Source of the DNA: a virus
Reading direction: 5' to 3' (one strand)
Length of the DNA: 64,000 nucleotides
IMG/VR virus record: IMGVR_UViG_3300010162_000535
Location: 12,205 to 76,204 of that record
How positions within the stretch are numbered: position 1 is the stretch's first letter; every line of letters starts with the position of its first letter. The notes below the pieces were generated by a model. That model had not been told where the DNA came from. It ran no database searches and worked only from the letters and a program-made list of their open reading frames with translations. Position numbers and translations under genes: made by a program. Below are positions 53,909 through 62,091 of the stretch, piece after piece.

Positions 53909-56900
53909 TCATCGCCGCAGGATCTCAACTTCATCGGACAACTGAACTTCGCCTCTTACCCATGCTTGCTTAAAATCAGCCATTGTTGCGAAGACCTTTG
54001 GGCGGCTTTTCTTTTTTCTAGATCTAGTAGCTTCATAAAGCCCAGCTATGTAGTCCTCTTGTGGCGTAAAGTTAGGAGACCCATCAGTCATATTTAGTAA
54101 ATTTTGTGAAGGCAGCATCAATCTTATTGCATCTTGAACTGCGTCATCGCTGATAGGTAATTGAAAATTCATAGCATCGCCGTCGAGGTCAGCACCAAAG
54201 CCTCCCATGGTATATTGATTCATTTGGATGCTATTTCCTTTAACTAGCTTAGGCCAAAAAGCCATAATTCCATATTGGTGCAAAATAGGAGATCGATCAA
54301 GAACTACTGGACGCTCTTGCACTGACTGTAAAAGTGCAGCTTTAGCTCGCTTGTCTTTATTATCGTACATGTCCTGAGCTGTCGTAAGCGGAACACCGCT
54401 TTGAGCTAGCTTCCTGATAATTACTGGTTTATAGATTTCATAAGCTGAATTAATGGGTAGCCCAACTTCATCTAAATCAAGATTGGGCGACATGGTAATT
54501 ACGTTACGGGAAACAACGTCAACGCCTCCACCCAATAAATTACGTTGTACCATTCCATATTTACTGCTCCCCTCCCCAAAGACATGTCGCAATAACCCTG
54601 TTACCCGTTTTTGCTGTAGCTTGGGATGGGACGGATCCATTAATCCAGTTATTTGTTTAAAATAGTTGTAAGACTGCAAATACTCTTCACCTGCGTCACC
54701 AATTTGACCTTCTAGCTCCTTAACTGTTTTATCGTGATCAATCATTTGCTTATACAAATAATTAACATCGGCAATTAAAGCAGTTTTTGTCCCGCCCATC
54801 TCAGACACGGGCCGGAACTTAGGCGGTATAACTGGAATACGATCCAGCATCCAATCAGCTGGCGTTAAATCATTATCTTTAGCTGCCTTTAAGAACTGCA
54901 GCTTCTTTACTGCTTCATCTCTTTTTGTGCCTCTTGTACTGGCTATAGTTTCACGAGCACGAGACATTTCATGGTCAACATTTAGCTTGCCTAAAGCTTT
55001 TCTAATAGCTTGTGGCCCAGTTCCAAACTCATTTAATTGTGCCCGACCAGCTATGACATCATTTAATTTAGCCTGTGTCAAACCTAGCATTCTTCTAGCT
55101 GGCTCTTCCATTACCGGATTAAGCATAGGCTGAGCTGGTTTAATAAAGCCCCATTTCTCGCCATACTCACCAAAAATAGCTGGATCAAATAATCCGCCTT
55201 TAATACCCTTTTTATCGCCTTCCCACTTAATTGTTTCAGAAGAAGTGACTTCCCTATTACCAACTAATTGCTTGACATCATTATTAGTAAGGGCCAAGAT
55301 TTTCAGCTTGTTAGCTGTTGGCGTTACATTAATTCCCGATCCTTGAAGGTGAGCCATAAACTTATGATACATTTGAGGCATTTCTGGCTCAGGCGGCTGA
55401 TAACCTCTCATAAAAGCTGCCCAATAGTCATCATTTTTCTGCCCACGAATTCGCCTCGCATCAGCTAACATGTTATAAGCTCCATGACTTATAAGGGCGT
55501 TTGTGTGCATAAGAGCTACTCTTTTGGCCCCTTCACTGCCTCCGCTTGCAGGTTGTTCATCAGCTGTGTAATGACCAAAAGAACGGTCACTTGTCTTTCC
55601 CTCAGCTGAATGATGGAGTTTTTGAACGTAGCTGTAGCCCCACCCAATACCCTTTCCGTCCGTCCCGGTTATTAATTTACCTGTTTCAGGATCTAATACT
55701 GGATCCCGTGGATTAATTCCATGTTCTTTTGCCAAGCGCAAAACATATGCCGCCGTGTCAGGCTCCTTGGGATCAAATGATTCAATCTTAATTGGCTTAC
55801 CAGTTTTCTTAGCAATTCGGCCTAATAAATGCTCATGCAGCATCGAATAATTTACTCTACCGATATTTCCTATTGGAGAATATACAATTTCAGCTGGGCC
55901 ATCAGGAGTTTGTGGCATCTGATCATCAGGGACTATCTCAGCAATAACGCCTTTTGCCCCATATCTGTTCGCGAGCTTATCTGCCAAACGTGTTGGCGAC
56001 AAAGAACTTACGACTACATTAACACCATTCTTATCATTAAACACCTCAACCACCTGACCTGGGTCTTCATGATCCCATTCCAGCGCACTATTAGTTAATG
56101 ACTGTGCGCCTTTACGATGGATGCGATCAACCGGTTTTGTATTTACATCAGCTTTAAGCACCATTGGGTCGCCTTGATTTAAGACTGTCCCAATACGTAC
56201 AACACCGTCATCGTCGATAGTGTCTAGCTGAGCTGCATCATAGACTGATGGAAATGCGCCCATAAAGGTTTTCTTACCCTGCTTAATATTCTCAGCCCAA
56301 TCTACTTTATGCTGATAGGCATGCTGAGACTTCATACGATCAGCCATCGATTTGCTGATAATAATTGCATCCATAGTATTACTGCCTCTCCACGGCATTA
56401 CAACCGCCCTAGCATTAAACCCCTGTGCCATTGCGCCAGTATCATCCGTAAAATTAGATTTAGCTAACAGCTGGCCTTTTGTAATCTGCTGACCGGGTTG
56501 AACTACTGGAGTTTGAGTAGTATAAGTATTGTGCACAACTAACCCACCGCCTACACAAAAACAATGCGAATTAGCTACCGTCAAATCATATACATCAGTA
56601 ACGAACTCTGTTAGTTTTATTTCTGTGATTAAATCCCATTCAATATCCGAAGCTGCCCACAATCCAAAATTACCAGAAATATCTTTTAGTAATTTTTTAG
56701 GTATTGCGCCTTTTGTACCGTACCTGTATAATTCTCGCCATTTTTTTAATTCCCAAAATTTCTTAGGTCTTAAATTTTTTAATAATTTAATTGAAGCTTT
56801 ACTAACTGGTACTTTTTCAGTACAGCCCGTTATTTGTCGTTTATTTTTTTGACAATTTAAAAGATCATCTAATAATTTTTGACGATCTTCATAAATAAAC

Positions 56901-59725
56901 CATGTTTTTAATTTTTTAATACTTTCCGTTCTAACACGAAAACCATATGCATCCGCCCATTTATCATTTATTAATTTTCTAGGAGAAAATAAAATAGTCG
57001 TTGAAACGTTTAAAGAAGCTAAAATATCAACTAAATCATCACGTAAACGTTCGGAAGTAACAAACACACACAATTGAATAGCGCCGTTTATGTCCGTATG
57101 TAAGCAAGCATCGCCGCTAAAAAATCCAGCAATAAGTCCTTGCCTAAAAGCTTTAGACTCACCTAACAGTTCATCAGCTATATATTTAGTACCAGAATAT
57201 CTTCCACAATAATTAAATAAATCGCAAGCCAATGCCGCATTTGCTATTCTTACTCCACCTTTTATCGGCAATGCCTTATTTTCTGCCGACCAATCTTGTA
57301 AATAAGTCAGGACTTGTTGCTTACGAGACTGACCCTCAACAGCAAAATTAACCTCACTATAAATATTGCCATCATTAGCTTTAAATTTTTCCAATTTTTT
57401 ACGACCGGCATCTCCCTTTTTCGGAAATTTTGATTGTGCTTGATGTACTGAAGTATGTGCAACAGCCCGTTTTAAATAGCCTTCAGCAAGATAAAGCCCA
57501 GTAACCGCTCCTCGAACATATTCTGCCCTGTAATCGTATTCCCTTTTTTCACTAAGCGCTAATGATGCAATAGGTATTCGTGTTTTACCGACGATACATT
57601 CCGATGGAAATAACGGTACAAGCGCACCAATATCATTTAAAGTTACTAAACTATGATCTTCAGTTACCTGCACTTTTCGTCCAGATTTTGTAACTATTTC
57701 AAGTATTTGTTTATCTTTATTAGTTACTTTTTGTACCGCTGTTACGGCTTCCCAACCGGTATTATAATTATTTTGTTGAATAGTTCGTGTCTTATCTCCG
57801 GGTTGCCAGCTATAGTCTTTTATTTTTCCTCGCCAAATTTTTCCAGTTTCCCGTAATATGTAAATCTTAGTGTCACCTACAACACACTTTCTATTGCTTG
57901 CTGCGTTCTTGACAAAAGGAAATTTCTTTTGTCCTTCTGGAGTGTCAATAATAATTTCTCGATCAGTTACTTTTCTAACCATGCCCTCTACATCAGAATT
58001 AACAGTAGAAAAGAGACCTATTTTGTCTTCATATGACTCATCTTTAGCTCCTGGCATACGTGATTGAACTAAAGGGGATTCGCCGCCTTCTAAAGGCAGT
58101 GCTTGAGTAATCATACGAGCTGCCATCGATACTCGCTGTCCTTTTACATTCCCCAGCATGGGAATTAAATTAGAAAGATTGTTGTAGCCTGACTGCGCAT
58201 TGGGAAAAATATAATCAATTTGATCTTTTTTAATTCCCATTCTGGGTTGCCTATCTCTGTCGAAGGCAGAAATACGATCATCCCCTTTGGCCCACTCTGA
58301 TTGAAGCGTGACCGTAGCTTCCATCAAATCTACTGGATTTTTATATTCTTCCTTACCTGTTCGGGCATTTATTACTGGAATATATAAATTACCGTCGGAT
58401 CCTTTTTTAGCTGACGAGCTAATATAAAGGTCAACTCCTGCCCTTAAAGATTCTGGTGTTTGTAGCGGATCAATAAACCCATATTGACTATTGTTTACCT
58501 CGCGAGCTGAGTCTGGGATAGCGTTTGAGTCATTGATTGCTCCCGCACCCATTCTTGTCACGCTAAATAACTTAGAATACTGCTCATATGGGTTTACTTC
58601 CTCAGCTGGGCTAGCTAACCCACTTTGAGTAATAACCGCCCCAATTTGTTTCGATAATGCACCAGTTGGTATTTTATCTAAATTGGGATTATTATTTGAC
58701 AAGAATGTCAGTTTATTTAATAGTTGCCTTCTTACTCTACCGTCATCTAATCTAAGTCGCTCAGCAAATAAATCTTCTGGCCCGTGAAAGGATTGAAAAG
58801 CCATATTATCTCGACTATCACTTTCAACTTCTCCACGAGCTAATTGAACTAATTTTTTAGATGCACTTAACACAGCGTCCTTATCTAAATGATCCTTTTC
58901 TGTCCCAAGTGTTGATCGAGTTACTTCCTTAGCAAATTTAATCGCAGCAGCTTGCTCTTGAATACGCTCACGCATTTTAGCGTCACTGTCTTTATCTCCT
59001 GGTTGCTGATATTTCTTCCTTACAAAACGATCATACAGCTTACGAGTATTTACTTCTCTTGCGTGTGCTTTATTTGTTTCAAATAATTTATCACCCCAAG
59101 CTTCCTTTAACTCATCGTCGGACGCGCCCATTGCATGCAAAAAAGTATACAACGGCACATTATTTTTACTGACTTCCATATCAAATCTACCGGTAGTTGG
59201 GTCAAACTTATAAGAATGTGTCGGCCCTTCATGGTCAGCTGCATTTACATTAGCCACCAGCTCATTATTCTCCTTTTGTCTAACATAAATTCCATGCTTA
59301 AGTCTTTGCTGATTACGGATGTAATAGAGATTACCAGAGTCCATGACCCCACCATTGTCCAAAATATACGGGACATTAGCTAAAGTCTTGCGCTGTTTCT
59401 GTAGAAGCCTTCCTGTTTGAGTGTCTATTAAATTCCAAGTACCTCTAAGCCTGCGATTGAGTGACCGTTGCTGGATTCTAGCTTGGTGAACATCGTGCGC
59501 ATTGTATGCAGGATTGTCAGCCCAATCTACATCAGAAATGGACAGCGTGTAGCGATTATTAGACACAGGCTGCAAATTACTTGCGGCTTGATGTACGGAA
59601 TCAAATACCGCACTTCTAAGAGCTGCAGGATCGTCAAAGGCTCTCATCCGAACAGCTGGTTTTTCGTCCTCTTTCTTTTGCTGCGGAGGCCGTAAAGTAT
59701 TCTGAAAAAGCGGCGGTGTAGTCAT
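53909..59725 (-). CDS. rpoBC: RNA polymerase beta fused to the beta' N-terminal half (catalytic Asp triad), intein-containing
   Basis: Beta motifs: YGFIDPLQTPES, LIPMLG...RVSMAARMITQALP, DKLANRYGAKGVI, YVQKLHH, GAKRVALM. Beta' motifs: GGLFDPAIFG, IPVIPPKFRP, QRNLLGGGVD, LDRSPILH, GADLDGDAM (54176-54196), TPQEDYIAGLY. Confidence 0.97.
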   Translation of the reverse strand: MTTPPLFQNTLRPPQQKKEDEKPAVRMRAFDDPAALRSAVFDSVHQAASNLQPVSNNRYTLSISDVDWADNPAYNAHDVHQARIQQRSLNRRLRGTWNLIDTQTGRLLQKQRKTLANVPYILDNGGVMDSGNLYYIRNQQRLKHGIYVRQKENNELVANVNAADHEGPTHSYKFDPTTGRFDMEVSKNNVPLYTFLHAMGASDDELKEAWGDKLFETNKAHAREVNTRKLYDRFVRKKYQQPGDKDSDAKMRERIQEQAAAIKFAKEVTRSTLGTEKDHLDKDAVLSASKKLVQLARGEVESDSRDNMAFQSFHGPEDLFAERLRLDDGRVRRQLLNKLTFLSNNNPNLDKIPTGALSKQIGAVITQSGLASPAEEVNPYEQYSKLFSVTRMGAGAINDSNAIPDSAREVNNSQYGFIDPLQTPESLRAGVDLYISSSAKKGSDGNLYIPVINARTGKEEYKNPVDLMEATVTLQSEWAKGDDRISAFDRDRQPRMGIKKDQIDYIFPNAQSGYNNLSNLIPMLGNVKGQRVSMAARMITQALPLEGGESPLVQSRMPGAKDESYEDKIGLFSTVNSDVEGMVRKVTDREIIIDTPEGQKKFPFVKNAASNRKCVVGDTKIYILRETGKIWRGKIKDYSWQPGDKTRTIQQNNYNTGWEAVTAVQKVTNKDKQILEIVTKSGRKVQVTEDHSLVTLNDIGALVPLFPSECIVGKTRIPIASLALSEKREYDYRAEYVRGAVTGLYLAEGYLKRAVAHTSVHQAQSKFPKKGDAGRKKLEKFKANDGNIYSEVNFAVEGQSRKQQVLTYLQDWSAENKALPIKGGVRIANAALACDLFNYCGRYSGTKYIADELLGESKAFRQGLIAGFFSGDACLHTDINGAIQLCVFVTSERLRDDLVDILASLNVSTTILFSPRKLINDKWADAYGFRVRTESIKKLKTWFIYEDRQKLLDDLLNCQKNKRQITGCTEKVPVSKASIKLLKNLRPKKFWELKKWRELYRYGTKGAIPKKLLKDISGNFGLWAASDIEWDLITEIKLTEFVTDVYDLTVANSHCFCVGGGLVVHNTYTTQTPVVQPGQQITKGQLLAKSNFTDDTGAMAQGFNARAVVMPWRGSNTMDAIIISKSMADRMKSQHAYQHKVDWAENIKQGKKTFMGAFPSVYDAAQLDTIDDDGVVRIGTVLNQGDPMVLKADVNTKPVDRIHRKGAQSLTNSALEWDHEDPGQVVEVFNDKNGVNVVVSSLSPTRLADKLANRYGAKGVIAEIVPDDQMPQTPDGPAEIVYSPIGNIGRVNYSMLHEHLLGRIAKKTGKPIKIESFDPKEPDTAAYVLRLAKEHGINPRDPVLDPETGKLITGTDGKGIGWGYSYVQKLHHSAEGKTSDRSFGHYTADEQPASGGSEGAKRVALMHTNALISHGAYNMLADARRIRGQKNDDYWAAFMRGYQPPEPEMPQMYHKFMAHLQGSGINVTPTANKLKILALTNNDVKQLVGNREVTSSETIKWEGDKKGIKGGLFDPAIFGEYGEKWGFIKPAQPMLNPVMEEPARRMLGLTQAKLNDVIAGRAQLNEFGTGPQAIRKALGKLNVDHEMSRARETIASTRGTKRDEAVKKLQFLKAAKDNDLTPADWMLDRIPVIPPKFRPVSEMGGTKTALIADVNYLYKQMIDHDKTVKELEGQIGDAGEEYLQSYNYFKQITGLMDPSHPKLQQKRVTGLLRHVFGEGSSKYGMVQRNLLGGGVDVVSRNVITMSPNLDLDEVGLPINSAYEIYKPVIIRKLAQSGVPLTTAQDMYDNKDKRAKAALLQSVQERPVVLDRSPILHQYGIMAFWPKLVKGNSIQMNQYTMGGFGADLDGDAMNFQLPISDDAVQDAIRLMLPSQNLLNMTDGSPNFTPQEDYIAGLYEATRSRKKKSRPKVFATMADFKQAWVRGEVQLSDEVEILRR
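56528..57886 (-). mobile_element. Intein (453 aa) with LAGLIDADG homing endonuclease
   Basis: Starts CVVGDTKI and ends LVVHN|T; VTGLYLAEGY and LIAGFFSGDAC motifs. Confidence 0.95.
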
Positions 59726-59755
59726 GCTTTAATTATACTTGAGCATGTCGAAGCT

Positions 59756-60206
59756 AAAAAAAAGAGCGGACAGCGATTATAGGCTCCTTCCTGACCAGGA
59801 AAGGCTACCTATAACGCTTTGCTCACAAAATACCTCCTGTACCAATAGAAGTATATGCATTCGGGAAGTGAGCGCACCCCTACATTGCTCATCTCGCTGA
59901 GCAATTTGCTAGTCATCGCCAGCGGCGTCATCCTGTCTCCTGAGCGGGCGATAACTCACGTTGCCCCAGGACAAGCACATTTTTTTACGCTACTAACGTT
60001 ACGAGTATATGGTAATGTGCGCCGCAGCTCCACCATACATTGTCGTCAAGGATTCTTTATCATTGCAGCTTGTACCTTGAATAGGGCTGCAACGTGTGGT
60101 TCTCCTTATAGGATTATGTCACTGAACAGTTCACAGAGGCCACAGCTCTCCCTGTCTCCGAGTTTCCCCGGACTAACCGCGTTGTCTTTGCGGCGGACGT
60201 TCCTTT
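59756..60206 (-). ncRNA. Candidate large structured non-coding RNA (~450 nt), family unassigned
   Basis: GC-richer gap with at least 7 stems, GAAA and GUGA tetraloops, G-U pairs, two possible H-type pseudoknots and a long 3' hairpin plus U-tract; AT-rich repeated leader upstream. The 5' end is approximate. Confidence 0.7.
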
Positions 60207-60301
60207 TTGTTGCATGAAAATATTTTATAAAAATCTTCATTATTTATAAATATCTTCACTATTTAATAACACAAATAACGCTGTTTTTTAATTCTTTTTA
60301 G

Positions 60302-61354
60302 CTACCTTGTAAGTCCACTATTTACAGCTTTTACAATAGGCTCAAATGAATCATAAACAACGGGAATACTTTCAGAAAGAACAACGCCTAGTCTTCCATA
60401 CCTGCCTGCCGTAGAAAGAAATCTCGATGCAATAGCTTTCGTCATCCAGGCGCCATCAGCTGGCGAACCCAGAATGTCAGCTGCTGTATAGCGACGGCCG
60501 TGACTGTTTAGCCAGTAGACATATTCTTCGCCGCCCACAGTGACCCAACTATTAATGCTGGTTGCATGATTCCAGCTGCCCGATAGCGTAGCTACTCTCA
60601 CGCCATTTCTATCCGTTGAACTGCCGCCCACTTTTATTGTATTCCCTAAGAAAATACCAAACCCGGCCTTAGCTGCCTCGAAAACCCTATCAACAAGATT
60701 ATCCGTAGGCATCCAGCAAAGACCTGATTGGTAATTAAGAGCGACATTTGCATGTGTCCTTGTGTCCGGCTGACGAGTTACATTATCGCCAGCTACTTCA
60801 ATTGGGAAATTACCGTGTCGATTAACAGCCGCACCAATTGCAGCTATGCTCTGGCCGCCCCGCATACTGCCGCCTTTAGAAATAACCCAAGTCACTAATG
60901 GATTATACGGGTTATACAGCATTGGCTGCCCTAAAGCAATATCAGTAAGTGTTGAAGCATGCTTTGCGAACGCAGCTGCAAATCCGGCGCAGCTGGGCAC
61001 AGACTGTTGGCTAAATGCAAATTGGTTACCTCGCCGGAAGTTAGATGGAAGAGCTGGAATAATATCCCAAGGAAACCAGCTAAACCCTGAGTCTACAATA
61101 CGTTGCAAGGCTACCTGCCGAGACCGCATGTAACGCTCGAAGGTACTATCCCAAGCTATGATTGGCATATCCCCACCACGCTCCCAGCCAGAAATACTGA
61201 CAGCTGCTGCGGACATTGCCTCTAATAACTCTTCATCATAATCATCCGCTGGCAAACAGCCATCTTCCGCAGCATTAGCAATATTTGCCTCGCGCCTCAG
61301 CCTAGCTCGTTCGGACATCCGAACATCTGAAATTCTAAATCTGCTTCTAAACAT
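60302..61354 (-). CDS. Papain-like (C1) cysteine peptidase
   Basis: SQQSVPSCAGFA (Gln, Cys), WNHATSI (His), WLNSHG (Asn); AGGAGA SD. Confidence 0.85.
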   Translation of the reverse strand: MFRSRFRISDVRMSERARLRREANIANAAEDGCLPADDYDEELLEAMSAAAVSISGWERGGDMPIIAWDSTFERYMRSRQVALQRIVDSGFSWFPWDIIPALPSNFRRGNQFAFSQQSVPSCAGFAAAFAKHASTLTDIALGQPMLYNPYNPLVTWVISKGGSMRGGQSIAAIGAAVNRHGNFPIEVAGDNVTRQPDTRTHANVALNYQSGLCWMPTDNLVDRVFEAAKAGFGIFLGNTIKVGGSSTDRNGVRVATLSGSWNHATSINSWVTVGGEEYVYWLNSHGRRYTAADILGSPADGAWMTKAIASRFLSTAGRYGRLGVVLSESIPVVYDSFEPIVKAVNSGLTR

Positions 61355-61356
61355 TG

Positions 61357-61581
61357 TTATCTCCTAAATAGCCCTCGTGTAAGTCGCGGTTGAACTACTG
61401 GCGCCGGTGTTGGCTCTTCTTCTTCTTCTTTAACTTCCTCCTCAGTCTCTTCTGCTTCAGCTACCGGCAAATTACCGAAGTCCTGCAACAATTTCTCTAA
61501 TAATTTCTGAGGGTCTTCTGCCAGCTTGATGTTCTCGCTGAAAGGCAGAACCCAGTGCCTCCCGCCACTGGGGTGCTTCAA
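61357..61581 (-). CDS. Short acidic ORF overlapping the upstream gene by ~110 nt; start uncertain
   Basis: Only a TTG start; E-rich tail ending RGLFRR just before the protease start. Confidence 0.4.
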   Translation of the reverse strand: MKHPSGGRHWVLPFSENIKLAEDPQKLLEKLLQDFGNLPVAEAEETEEEVKEEEEEPTPAPVVQPRLTRGLFRR

Positions 61582-62089
61582 ACTGAATCAACGGGCGCAA
61601 CTCGTTGGTAGGGTTAAAGGAATCATCTATCGTCCCGACCAAAGTGTCCAAGCTGTTAGCTAGCCTAGCGGGATTTTCTAAAAACGGAGCATACTTACGA
61701 CTTAGTTCAGTAAGTGTCAACCTAGAATCATCTTGATTATTATTATTCTGATTCTGCTGCTGATTCTGATTGTTATTAACATTCACATTCCTCATGAACT
61801 CAGAGTTCAAAAAGAAATAAGCGCCAAGCAGAATAAGGGCGACCATAGCTAGTCGTTGAACAATGTCAGCTACTTGAGTTTTAAAATCAGGCCACCTAAA
61901 CTTGTCCCGCTTTTCTGCACAAAGTCGCTGCACTTCACCGCCCATGTGCTCAGTCAACTGCTCGAGGTCAGCTAACCTCTGGGTCATTCGGTTATACCTG
62001 TCATCGCTGTCAAGAGCCAAATTATTTATCTCTTGACTCAACTCTTCTATCGTAGCTCGATTAGAAGCCACCGTCGGTCTTGTATTCAT
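61472..62089 (-). CDS. Single-TM protein with coiled coil and N/Q-rich linker
   Basis: LAMVALILLGAYFFL helix; NNNQNQQQNQNNNNQ. Confidence 0.7.
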   Translation of the reverse strand: MNTRPTVASNRATIEELSQEINNLALDSDDRYNRMTQRLADLEQLTEHMGGEVQRLCAEKRDKFRWPDFKTQVADIVQRLAMVALILLGAYFFLNSEFMRNVNVNNNQNQQQNQNNNNQDDSRLTLTELSRKYAPFLENPARLANSLDTLVGTIDDSFNPTNELRPLIQFEAPQWREALGSAFQREHQAGRRPSEIIREIVAGLR

Positions 62090-62091
62090 AT

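Noticed and set aside
59756-60206. tmRNA, RNase P RNA, group I or group II intron identity
   Set aside because: No tRNA-like ends or T-loop, no GAGGAAAGUCC/AGAACCCGGCUUA pair, no domain V, only a weak R-like GUUCAGUGAC without a matching S element, and it interrupts no gene.
59855-60217. Track ORF of 120 aa on the plus strand
   Set aside because: Antisense to all neighbours, no SD, no recognisable motif; the region is better explained as structured RNA with a minus-strand terminator.
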